A stretch of 64,000 nucleotides of DNA. It comes from the human T2T-CHM13v2.0 reference genome, Homo sapiens. Positions 51,801 through 64,000 of this stretch are shown piece by piece. The stretch lies in the NCBI RefSeq assembly GCF_009914755.1, contig NC_060948.1; one strand, 5' to 3'. The translations under genes and the position numbers were made by a program. Within the stretch, counting starts at the first letter, position 1. Each line of letters opens with the position of its first letter. The notes beneath the pieces are model-generated. The model had not been told where the DNA came from and ran no database searches. It saw nothing but the letters and a program-made list of their open reading frames with translations.

Positions 51801-54231
51801 ATAGACGTCTGCGGGGCACATTCTCCACACCCCCTTGCATGCTGCTCCTGGTTCAGTTCTTCTAAGAGGAGGTGCTGGCAGGCTCCCGCACCTGCATGAC
51901 ATGTGCCTCTCAGCGGTTCCAGCATCAGCTCAGTGGCAGTTCCAGGAGCACAGCAGCGAGTGCAGGCTGTGGGCTCCAACTCAGGGCATCTCTGGATCTG
52001 CTTCCTCCTCCCAGCCCTTCCCCCATCACCTCAGCAGCCTGGCCGTCCTGGAACTCCCAGGATGCTTCTCAAAATGGCTCTAAAGCCCTTATTCCTCACT
52101 TCTTCCTGGAGGGGGCCCCACCTTGGCTCTGGGTGGCAGGAAAAGCTCTTCTCCCCTCTGCGGGAATGATCCCACTTTGCCAGTTAAATGGAATGGTCTT
52201 CCCCGAATCTGTTATCTGGGTCATGTGTGTGCAGCCAGGCCTCCAGTGGCAGTGGTAACAGGGTCCTCTCCCCACTGGCTGCTCCCCAGGGTCTCCTCTG
52301 CTCTCTCCTCCCTTCTCATGGGCTTCTTCATCTTCCTTGGGGTTCTGCTCCCCCATAGCTCAGGGTCCCCCAAGTTACTAGGGTGACAGTCTGGCCTGAG
52401 TCATTTATGATCAGGCCAGAGGTTCTGCATGTCCCAGGCTTGGCCTCTGGGGTCAGATACTCATTGCCTTCTGCAGGGCAACCAGGAACCATGGGGACCT
52501 GGGGGTGAGGCAGTCTTCCTTAGTTCAGGGTGGGAAGCAGGCAGGGGCCTCAACCACAGGCAAACTAGCAACTGAGATGGCATCAGCAGCCCTGCTCACA
52601 GTCGACCCTTGCATCGGCTCCACCTACCCCACCCAGGCTGCACCAATGCCTGCTGTATGCCCAGCACCAGGCTGGGCTTATGGCGGAACCAGATGAACAG
52701 GACTCAGACCCTGTTCTGGAGGAGCTGAGGGTCTCATAGGGGAGACATAGACTCCTCAGATGCCCGAATACCAGGCTGTAAGGAGCATGAGGTGCGCAGG
52801 GAAGGGAGAACTCAGCTCTGGCTGAGGAGCTGGGGATGCTTCATGTAGCGGGGGATATTTGACTTGAGCCACAAGGTGAGATTTTAATGCATGGTTGGTT
52901 CCAGGGTTGCTGGAAACATCCCAGAGAGAATAGAACCACCGTAACAAAGGCCCGGCTCGGTAGCAGGGTGGGAAGAGCTGACTACTAACCACCAGCCTAA
53001 CTTGTTTAGTGAGAACGCTCAGAGCAGTGGGGATTAACCAAAAAGTGGGTGGTCGGGTTTTGAGCCCCTGGTGCCCTGACCTGCTTCTCCTCCTCCTGCT
53101 TGCCCAGGTCCTCTGGGGCTTCTCTCCCGTGGTCGCCATGGGAACTCCAGGTGGCTGAAGTTTACTTGAGCCTAGCTCCCTGAGATGGGCTGTGGGTCAG
53201 GGGAGGTGGAGGGAACTGGTCCCCAGCCTGGGCTCTGAGCACCCCTCCCCTGGGTCCCAGAGTCTCCATCTGAGCTCTGCCCATTTAGCCCTCACCCGGT
53301 GTCTTCCTCGCCTCCTCCCTCCCCCACACTCCACACAGCCTTCCAGTCACCAAGTTCTGACTGTTCCTTCCACTTGTAAAATCTCCCTGGGAGGCATCCA
53401 CTCTGCACCCACCTCCCTGCCTCAGGCCTGGCTCCACCCCTTCCCTCTCCTCTGGATGACAGCAGGGGCCTCCTAGGGGGTCTGGCTCCTTCAGTCTGCT
53501 CTTCCTGGGTGCTGCTGCTGTCCTCCTGACCAGTGTCTGGCAGTCTGGCAGCTCCTCTGCCCCTCCCTACCCCAGCCTGGGTTCCCACCACCCTGGGATG
53601 GCTGAGTCTGTGAAATGGGTGGAGTGGTGTGTTGAGCTCCGCTTCTAGAACTGCATTCTATGGGGCAGTAGCATCTTTCTGGAATTAACAGGTATACCTT
53701 GAAAATGGGTTCCATGTGGAATTGGTTTGGGAAGCGCTGCACAGCCTCTGCCTCCTGGATACTCACAAGGCACTGTAACAGGTGAAAGGCTCCCAGAGGT
53801 CCTGGAGTAAAGAAGTCTGTTTTGATTTATTTAACCCCGAGATTCCCAGAGTGTTTTGGCTCTAAATAAGGAATGTCTATGAATAACTCCAGGAACAAGT
53901 TTCTCTGGACCAACCTTTGGAAAATGCTGGAGGAGCCATAAAGTGTGGTGCCTTGTCTTTGGGGATCTGGGGTCCTGAGGCCTGCTTCCCCCATCTGGCA
54001 TGCCGGGGTTCACACAGGTGCACAGGCTGATATGGAGCTGAGGAAGCACTGGAAAATTGGGCCGCACCATGGATGCCTTGCTTCCATCTCCTGGCGCACA
54101 GCATGGTTCCTGGATATGTTTTGTTTAAACCGCACGTTCTTTTGAAATTTGACCTGGTTGTCAACATTTAAAACTTGGGAGATTCCACCACAAATTCTGC
54201 ATTTTAAAGTTCTCTTAAAACATGAGGAGCC

Positions 54232-54600
<369 letters not shown>

Positions 54601-55685
54601 TTACATGCAAAGCACCCAGCCTGCAAGCAGACAGTTTCCCTCCCTGGCGTGGGCTGAGCCCCCGAAAACACTGGAGTTTCTGACCTCTGTCATGGGGAAT
54701 ATGGGGCTTTCTTCAACAAATTCCTCTTTACGATGGTGACTTATGCCTGACCCACCCTTCTCTTGGGGTGTCCTTCTTTGAGGGGCTGAGGCAGGTGGGG
54801 CCTGCTGGCTCCAGCATGTTCCTTACCTCCCATGAAGTACCATGTACATGGTGCAGTCTAGGCTATGAAGTCCACTAGGCTACCCCACCATTACCCTTGG
54901 TTCCCATGACGGGGGTGCCAGAGTGGCCCAGGGGCAGCAGGGCTATGGGAGACAGAGGGAGGGCCTGCCACAGCCTCCTCTCCTGTGACCACCTGGCGGC
55001 TCAGCTGACAGGAGAGTCACAGCTGCTCAGGTCACCCTGGTCACTGGAGCATGCTGGGTGGGAGAACCACTCCCTGCAAGAGCGAAAAGCTGAGAACACT
55101 GCCAACCGTGCTGGCACCCCTGAGCCAGCCCGCCGCTGCAGAGAGCCCTCTACAAAGAGCCCGCTCTGTGCTGATGGAGGCTGGAACCTGGGGAAATCTG
55201 GCTCAGGGCTGCTTGCTGGGGCTCAGGGTGGGGTGGGGCTGTGGCCCTCCACAACCCTGCCCTGGGATGACCGTGGGTGAAACAGAACCCTGACTTGCAG
55301 GCCCCAGTCTGAGGTGGAGGGAGGGGGCCCAGACCAACCTCACCCGAATGTTAGGATAACAGGAATTTCCTGCCAGGATGAGGCTGGCACTGGTTTCGGT
55401 TCTGTCCTGAGTGGAGGGGGAGGTCAGTAGTGGACTCTCCAATCAGTGGGGCCTTCACGGGCTCTGGTCGGAAGTTCCCACATGCCCCCATCAGGAGGTC
55501 TGACTCTGGCCACCTCCTGCCTCGCCTGAGCCTGTCCTGCTCATTGCCCTCCCCTTCTAAGCCTGTCCGAACACCCCTACCTTGGGGACCCCTCCTGTGT
55601 CTTCCTTCTCCAGGAAGCCCCTCTGATCCTCCCCCTCAGAGCTCTAGCCCTCCTCCAAGCTCCATCCCTGCCCTATCCCAGCCTT

Positions 55686-58600
55686 CCTATACAGCCCCAC
55701 AAGTCAAAAAATCGTGACTAAAATAAAATATCTCCCTGACAAAAAACTAAAAAAAAAAGACACTGAAGTCCCAATTAAGACTAAAAAAATTAAAAAAAAA
55801 TAAAGTATCCTTTTTAAAAGTGGCCACTGTAAAGCCTCCAAAACCCATTCCATTAACTTAAAAAACAAAAAAAACCTATATACGTAAATCAGTGGCCACT
55901 ACCAAAACACAAACTAAAAACTTTACACTTACTAACAAAAAAATTTAAAAAAAAAAATTGAGCCTTCATTTTCGCCTTAAAATTCTCCTATGTTTATAAT
56001 TCAAAAAAAAAAAAAAATCCGACAAATGACACATACTAACCAACTTAAAAGCATTAATGCCGTAATTCAACCCATGGAGAGTCTCCAACCTGAGTTGCCC
56101 TCTCCGGCCATAATCCCCCAAAATTGGCCTTTAATTATAATTAATCTAAAAGATTACATTTTTACCATTCTTCTGACAAAACAAAATTTAAAAACATTTA
56201 CTTTCACTATACCAGCCATAAATAATAAAAAACCAGCCACCAGGTTTCAGTAAAAAGTGTTACCTCAAAAAATACTTAATAGTTCAACTATTTGTCAAAC
56301 TTTTTTGTAACTCAAACTCTTCAACCAGTTAAACACAGGTTTTCAAACTGTTATTCATTATATTAATACTATTTTGTATACTACAAAAACAAAAAACAAA
56401 TTAACTATTACACATTTCTACAAGCAAAGGTTACCAACATAAGACTGACAATAATATCTAATAAAATTCAAACCTCTAATCCTTTCCATTACTTAAAAAT
56501 GTAAGTTAAAAAACCACAAAAAATAAAAATTAAACATTAAAAACATTAAATAACTTTCAAAAATTACTAAAAATTATTAAACTCAGCCAACTCTAGACAT
56601 CCCTACTTATGCCATGTCAAATTTGTTCTCTATCTTAAAAAAAATCCAAAATTAAATAATGAACATTAACTCCAAAGACAACTAAAAAAATTAATTTAAA
56701 AAAGTTCAGTCAACCCAAATAAATAAAATGAATCACTTAGCCCCACTCCAACTTTTAATTTTTACTACTACACATTCTCCAACAGACATTATTGTTCAAA
56801 ATACAAATCTTATGAAGTGGTCCTTCCTTCCTTACAGCACAATTAAGACTTTTACATTGTACTTAAATCAAATGACTACATTAATTAGACAAAACTACAA
56901 ATAATAAAATTATATAAAAATAACCCAAATAAAATCATTGTTCCTTTAAACAAAAAACAAATTAAACAAGACTTTATCAATTCTGGTATACAACAAATTG
57001 GTCTTACTAATTTTATAAAAAATTATTGACAATCATTACCCAAAAACAAAAATCTTCCAGTTTTTAAAATTGACTACTTAAATTTTACCTAAAATTACCA
57101 AACATAAACCTTTAAAAAATACTCTAATGGTGTTTACTAATAGTTCCAACAATAAAAAAATGACTTACACCAGACCAAGAAAACAAGTCATTAAAACTCA
57201 ATGTCACTTAACTCAAAAAACAAAATTGGCTACTGTCATTACAATATTACAAAATTTTAATCAGCCTATTAACATTGTATCAAATTCTACATATATAACA
57301 CAAACTACAAAAAAGTTAAAACAGCCCTAATCAAATATCGAATATAATCAGTTAAACCAACTATTTAATTTGTTACAACAAACAGTAAAAAAAAAAATTT
57401 CCCATTTTATATTACTCATATTCAAGCACACACTAATTTACCAAGGCCTTTAACTAAAAAAAACAAACTAATTTACTAGTATCATCTACATTCATAAAAA
57501 CACAAAAACTTCATGCCTTAACTCATATAAATACAACAAAACTAAAAAATAAATTTAATATCACATAAAAACAAAAAATATTGTACAACATTACACCCAG
57601 TGTCAAATTCTACACCTGCCCACTCAAAAAACAAAAGTTAATCCCAAAAGTCTATGTCCTAATACGTTATGACAAATAAATATCACACATGTACCTTCAT
57701 TTGAAAAATTGTCATTTGTCCATACAACAGTTAATACTTATTCACATTTTATATAAACAACCTACCAAACAAAAGTACTTCCCATATTAAAAAAACATTT
57801 ATTATCTTGTTTTACTGTCATAAAGTTCCAAAAAATTAAATAATAGGACAAAATAGTGTAATAAAACATTTCAAAAATTCTTAAATCAATAAAAAATTAC
57901 ACATACACAAAAATCCCCTATAATTCCCAAACACAAACCATAATTTAAAAAACTAACACTCAAAACTCAATTAAACAATAAAAAGCAAAACACTCCCCCA
58001 ATACAACTTAATCTAACACTCTATACTTTAAACTTTTTTAACATATATAAAAATCAGACCACTACTTCTACAGAACAACATTTTACTAATAAAAAACCCA
58101 CATAAAAAAACTAATTTAATTTAAAAAACATAAAAAATAAAAACATTAAAAAAAGCTTTACTTGTGTTTCACCAAAAAATCAACTTCCTGTTTAAATACC
58201 CACTAAACATTTCAAATTCTACAATAAACCCATTAAAAATACAAAAAGCCACCTCCACAAAAATAAAAACACCACAATCAAGCATCATTAACTCACCAAA
58301 TAAAATAACAATATCAAAAAAACAGTCGCCATCCACCAAAAAAACAAAGCCACCAACTTAAACACAATTAAAAAAACTAACACCGTTAACTAAAAAAAGC
58401 CAAAAAAACACAAAAGTGACACAAACTCCAAAAAAATACTGTTTATGACTTTAATAATTATATCAACAATAGTAAGTATCCCCATGTCTACAAAAACAAC
58501 AACTAATTATACTAAGCCTATGTACCTTTCTCACCCTTAATTCAGTCACATAAATAAATAATCCTATTAAAACATATATTAATAATACATGGGTACCAGG

Positions 58601-59135
58601 CCCCACAAATAATCGTTGCCCTGCCCAACCTAAAAATAATAATAATATAAATATTTCTATTAAATATTATTATCCTATTTGCCTAAAAAAGACACCAAAA
58701 TATTTAATACCTACAACCCAAAATTAGTAAAAGTACCTACTATCAATACCAATAAATTTACTTATTACATAGTAAGTAAAATGTCACTCAAACCACAAAT
58801 AATTTACAAAACTCTTCTTTTCAAAAATCATTAAAATCTAAACCTAAAAAAATCCTTGCCCCTAAAAAATCAAAAGATCCAAAAGTCTTAGTTTTAAAAA
58901 AATATATAACTAATACTACAATAATACTACAAAACAATAAATTCAAAACTATTATAAACTAGGCCCCTCAAAACCAATTATATTGTAATTCTACGGGTCA
59001 AACTCACTCATGTTCACAGGCCCCATCCATCTGGCCCATTAATCCAGCCTATAATAATAATTTAACTAAAAAACTAAACCAAATTTATAAAAAGTTAAAA
59101 TCACCCTATCCATAAAAATAAAATTAAAAAAAAAG
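55686..59135 (+). mobile_element. HERV-K(HML-2) type 2 internal fragment (pro G-patch tail, pol, 5' env), G-to-A hypermutated and dead
   Basis: [47 protein letters not shown] (RT); RNase H remnant VFTNSSNNKK; integrase HCTQCQ region; env ATG>ATA at 58224; rec/signal segment present; lines 57901-57960 and 58081-58140 contain no G. Confidence 0.93.
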
Positions 59136-59143
59136 TTTTTTTT

Positions 59144-59801
59144 TACTATGCGTAAATGTATGCATAGGCCAGATTTATACTTCTCTCCACCCAAACATTT
59201 CAGTGTAGTAAAAAGTAATAGAACAACATTGCCGCCAACATAACTCGCCTCCAGCCACAGGGCGGTTTTCTCCTATCTCAAAATAAAACGAATGTACAAT
59301 CGGGTTTTACACGGAGACACTCCATTCCCAGAGGCATACAAGAGATGGAGGCCTTCCTCTTACTAATCCTCCTCAATACAGACCCTTTATGGGTGTCGGA
59401 CTGGAAGACGGTCAGGTCTTTCCTTTCCCATAAGGCCATATCTCAGACCATCTCAGTGGGGAAAAACCTTGGACAATACCTAGACTTTCTTGGGCAGAGG
59501 TCCCTGAAGCTTTCCGCAGTGTATTGTGCCCCTGGTTAATCAAAAATGAAAAATGACAATAATTTTTACCAAAAATACTGCCTGTAAACATATTATTAAC
59601 AAGACACATTCTACACAGCCCTAGATCCCTTAAACCTTAATTCTATACAACACGTGTTTCTGTAAACACAGGGTTGAAACTAAAGTTACAAATGAACATC
59701 TCAAAACAATTATTCAGGGTACAAATAAAAATGAGGTTTCTTATGTCTTCCTTTTCTACATAGACACAGTAACAGTCTGATCTCTCTTTCTTTTCCCTAC
59801 A
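59144..59801 (-). mobile_element. LTR5 (LTR5B/5A-like) U3 portion, inverted relative to the adjacent pol-env
   Basis: Minus strand begins TGTAGGGAAAAGAAAGAGAGATCAGACTGTTACTGTGTCTATGTAG at 59801; truncated after ~660 bp. Confidence 0.92.
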
Positions 59802-60369
59802 GACACCAGGCTTCCCTTCCCCTGGAGCAGCCAGACCTTCTGTGGTATCTTGAGCAAGCCCCTGGTCCTGTCTGGGCCTCTGCAGACTCAAGGTCTGGTG
59901 CCTGACTTACACCCTGTTATCATATCCTGCCATCTGGCCCCATATGGAGTCCTACAGGGGACTCTCAGACCCAGGCGTGACCACTGGCTCAGGCCCCTCT
60001 CAGAGGTCTGGCGGCCCAGCATCTGCCCACGGGCCTCCTCTCCCCCTCCTTTTCTCCAGGCTCCTGTCTCTGCCACAGTTCCCTGGAGGTGACCTCTAGC
60101 CCGGCCCAGGGGCTCACACACTCCTGAGGGAGGCAGGGCCAGACTCAGGCAAGGCCTTGGAGGACACATCCCAGTGGGCAGGGCCCAGCACTCTTGGGGT
60201 GGAACTACAGGGAGGAGAGGCAGGGCAATTGAGGCTTGAGGTGCCTGGCCTCACCCAATGTGGCCAGCCTGCTCCTTTTCCTCAGTCTCAGATGGAGCAG
60301 AGGATGGAGGTGGGGAAGAGAGGCCAGGGAGACAGTAGGGCTTGGTTATGGATGATGGGGGTCCTTGTG

Positions 60370-60753
60370 TGATATAATTAGGCTTTGTGTCTCCACCCAA
60401 ATCTCATCTTGAATTATCCCCATTTTCCCCACCTGTCAAGGGAGAGACCAGGTGGAGGTAATGGAGGTAGTTGGTGGATCATGGGAATGGTTTCCCCCAT
60501 GCTGTTCTCATGACAGTGAGTGAGTTCTCATGAGATCTGATGGTTTTATAAGGGGCTCTTCCTACTTGTTCAGCACTTCTTCTTTCTGCCACCTCGTGAA
60601 GTTTCCTTGCTTCCCCTTCACCTTCCGTTGTGATTGTAAGTTTCCTGACACCTCCTCAGACATGCTGAACTGTGAGTCAATTAAACCTTTTTCTTTTACA
60701 AGCTATCCAGTCTCGTGCAGTTCTTTATAGCAGTATGAAAACAGACTAATACA
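60370..60753 (+). mobile_element. MSTA-like MaLR solo LTR
   Basis: TGATAT..GACTAATACA termini; near-TSD TTGTG/TTGTC. Confidence 0.88.
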
Positions 60754-60809
60754 TTGTCCCTGCTGAGGGCTGCCCGGCTGGGCTCTCCCTGCTTTGGCAC
60801 CTGGGTTGC

Positions 60810-62181
60810 CAGTAGCACATTATTTGGTCTAACAGTTTTTGTTTATCATTATGAAACTGAGCTTATCTAATACATTGATAAATTATTTCAAAGGTATTTT
60901 TATAGTTCAAATAGCTTCACTTTTACCCTGACACGTATAAATGACTAGTAATGACCTTCAGATAGCGTTTAGCATCTGTAACCAATCTGACAATAATGTG
61001 TTCATCAGGTACCTATGGATTAAATCACATACTGGCATATTTAAACTGAATGTAAGTCTGAAAAATAAATGTACTATATTAACTCAAATACCACTCTTTG
61101 TATAGGTATTTTGTCATATGTTTAAGAAAAAGCTAAAAAGAATGGAAATCCTATGACAATAACTTAAGTCTTTCTTCAAAGTGCATACAGTGTTTTGCAA
61201 TACCTCATTCAGCCAAATATTTGTTCTCTTATTCAGTATAAGGCAGCTTTCAATTTGCTTGGAAGGCAACATTAGAAGGTTAGAGTTCAGCAGGAACATA
61301 GAATTTTAAAATGTGACTTCAACTGAATGAATTTCTCTAGGGAGTAAAGAATCAAAATACCTACTTAAAGACTGCAATATGTGATAATTATTTTTAAAGT
61401 AATTGATTAAACCTGGTAGGTTTTCCCGAAATGAAAAAAAAAAACAGTTCTAAAACCAAAGCTGATTTTTAGAAAATGTGAAAATGTAAGTCAACTCTAT
61501 CCAAAATAGATTCTCTAAAACTTTGTCTTACAGTCACTTTCAAATAACTATTCAAAAATGTAACTGCTATACTAACATCTTAAAATAATTCAAAACATTT
61601 TAAAATATGAATGCTCTAGTTTAAAACAAAGAATCTAGGGGAAGGAAAAGTAGACAAAGAAATGCCAATTCCAGTCCAAAGCTGTGTTTGCCAAGTTTTC
61701 TTAGAATGACTTTTACTGATTTATGAATTCTTACAAACAGAATGTATAATGGAAATACTGATTTTTGTCTAAAGTGGTATTATTGACTGCTTCTGTGAAG
61801 CTACTGTAATGTAATACATTATTAAATTGTTTCAAGGTGCTGTTTTGCCTAAAAATTTTGTGTGTCTTGAAAACTATAGTATTAAAGGTATTGAGACTGT
61901 GCAAATGCTGGGCACGCTTGGCATGAGATAATCAGTTTTTATTCTTACAAAATTGTAACTATGTAAGTGTGTTTATTAAAATAACACAAACTAAAAAAGT
62001 TACAGGAATTAAAGTTGTGGGATGAAAAAGTTACGGGATAAAAAATACTGTGGAAAAGTGGCAAAAAAAGTTGTGGAAAAAAAGTAAAAAAAAGTTTTAT
62101 GAAAAATTTTTTTAAAAAGTTATGAAAAAGAAGTTACAGGATTTAAAAAAAGTCATGGTATAAAAATAAAAATAAATAAAA
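60810..62181 (+). pseudogene. Distal 3'UTR of the GOLGA6/8 core duplicon (ITSN2 3'UTR-derived) with degenerate A-tail; no golgin coding exons
   Basis: AT-rich UTR recalled from GOLGA8/GOLGA6L transcripts; ATTAAA at ~61975, then an AAAAGTT(A/G)TGG-punctuated A-rich tract at 61990-62181. Confidence 0.65.
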
Positions 62182-62749
62182 GCAGGCCCCTGTCAGCATA
62201 AGCCTGGAGAAGTGGGTCTGGAGTCTTCACCCCCACCATGTCCCTACAACACCTCCCCAGTCACCCCTTTACCATTAGGGTAGCAAGACAAGACCCTGGT
62301 CTAATGCAGGGAGACAAACAGACCCTTACCACCTTGACCAAGGCTGAGTCCTTACATTTCTGGATGATGATGTTTGTTATTTAAGAGCCAGAGGTTGGAG
62401 GAGTTGGTTTGTTTGGAGGAGGTCTGATGGCCTCCTTACTCTCACCAAAGCAACTTTTCCCTCGGGGGGCTCCCATCTTCTTACTCAGAGAGGCAGCTGA
62501 GGCGGGACAGTGGAGATAACTGTAGATGAGGTGAGGGCACAGGCTGCTGGGGGTGGCCCCCCTTCCCCCGTGTACATACTGTAGCTGTGTAACATTCCGT
62601 ATCGTACCTAGTGGAGGTTGCAGCTGGCATATGAGGAAGAGGTTCTTATAATTATTCACGGCTGGGAAACTTATTTATTGCTAGCATAGGAGCGAGGAAG
62701 GAGGCGGGGATGGGGTCATGGCTCCCTGGTGATGGGACTCCTGTTTTTT

Positions 62750-62783
62750 GTTTGTTGTTGTTATTGTTGTTGTTGTTGTTGTT
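62750..62783. repeat. (TTG)n microsatellite
   Basis: Seen directly. Confidence 0.9.
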
Positions 62784-63685
62784 TTGCTTTTGATTTTGGA
62801 ATAAATGTATTTAGCCATACTGCTCAGCCTGTTATGTTCCCATTTCCCTGACTGGGTCCTGTAGTTTGTCCCACTGAACGAGGAGCCCCAGAGTGTCTCA
62901 GCATGTCCAGCTGGGCTGTGGGGAATCTTCCAGGCCTGTTACCTGTATGCTGCCTGGTGACACCTGGTGGATTTCATGGGGACTGCCATGGTGCCTATGG
63001 AGTACAGTCCAGCCCTGACAGCCAACAGGTTGAGAAGCCTGATCTAGCTGTGGCCAGGAAGACAGATACCAGCACCCAAGGGCACTGACTTCCCTCCACC
63101 CCAGGTGTCTTCCGTTCTGTCCCCCTGCCTCCCGTTCCTGTCTGCACCAGGTGGCCTGTCTGTCCCTCCAGAGTGCTGGCTGCCCCGCAGGCTCCCTCCA
63201 GGCTGAGTTCAGGGCCCTGTGCCCTAGTGGCCAGAGCCGGCTTCACAGGATAAGAGCCAGCTAAGCTGCGGGGACTTTCCAGGAAAAGTGTCCCTTGAAA
63301 AGGGTGTGACCTTTTCACTGCTCCCAACAACACCCTAAAAATGGCTTGGCCTTTTCCATCCCCTGAGCTCCATAGAGAACACAGCCAGCAGAGGACACAT
63401 TCTCTGTAATCCAGAAATGGGTTTCTCAGCCGAGGGACAGCAGGACTGGTAGACACTGTCAGGCCACACAGCTGCCTGCACAGTGCAGCCATGCTTGGCT
63501 AGAAGGGCGGGAGGGATGGCAGGGGCTGGCTGTCCACAGGCTGCGCATGTCCTGGAAGCTCACTGGAGGTGGTGTACTTTGGAGGGGCGATGTCAGGAGA
63601 CAGCTTTCTCTTGCTGGTCTACAAGACTCCACAAGCACAGCACGGGGACTGATTCCCAGTTCTAGAGGCGAGGCAGTTGGCCACG

Positions 63686-63695
63686 TATATATATG

Positions 63696-63744
<49 letters not shown>
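63686..63744. repeat. (TA)n(TG)n(AG)n compound microsatellite
   Basis: Seen directly. Confidence 0.9.
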
Positions 63745-64000
63745 ATTTATAGCTATTTATAGAACTGGGCAGGGGCATACCACAGAGGGGGCACAAGTTT
63801 TCAGCAATGGTCACACCTGGATGTGTCAGCTCACCACTACAACAGACTAAGTCACAGATGAAGGGGGCTGGCTTTGGGGCTGGGGGAGCCACTGTCAAGT
63901 CACAGGACACCCACCCAGGCAGGCTTGGAAAGGGAGGTCTCTGAGAAGAGGAGGAATCTGTTTAGAGGTCGAAGTGGGGCCTGGAGCTCTCAGGATGGGA

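Larger units (their letters stand above)
62660..64000 (-). pseudogene. DNM1P: Dynamin-1 pseudogene: last coding codons and 3'UTR (continues beyond the window)
   Basis: 64000-63962 reads SHPESSRPHFDL*, matching the DNM1 C-terminus SRPESPRPPFDL*; minus-strand AATAAA at 62674-62679. Confidence 0.82.

Noticed and set aside
55686-59135. Foreign or mitochondrial (NUMT-like) insert, suggested by the G-poor strand skew
   Set aside because: Collinear HML-2 RT, RNase H, integrase and env motifs are still readable

Overview
Primate (human-like) eukaryotic DNA with no intact protein-coding gene. It is a mosaic of segmental-duplication blocks. (1) 1-34750 is a subtelomeric-type duplicon. It carries a full-length, TSD-flanked but dead L1PA2 inside an MLT1 LTR, the unprocessed last exon of a SEPTIN14 pseudogene, a rearranged processed CIC pseudogene, a GC-rich repeat array and a 48-49 bp VNTR cut off by a breakpoint. 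(2) 34751-~46900 is AT-rich Alu/MIR/L2 sequence. (3) ~46900-60800 is GC-rich and contains a HERV-K(HML-2) pro-pol-env fragment that has lost most of its + strand G residues, fused to an inverted LTR5. (4) ~60800-64000 is the distal GOLGA-core 3'UTR (ITSN2-derived) facing the 3' end of a DNM1 pseudogene. By inference from remembered gene order, this is the Yq11.23/AZFc P1 palindrome, where a subtelomeric-derived block joins a chr15-derived block. The most notable signals are G-to-A hypermutation on the same genomic strand across an inversion in the ERV, and a CIC retrocopy broken up by several templated inversions. All comparisons to consensus or parent sequences are from memory and need alignment to confirm.
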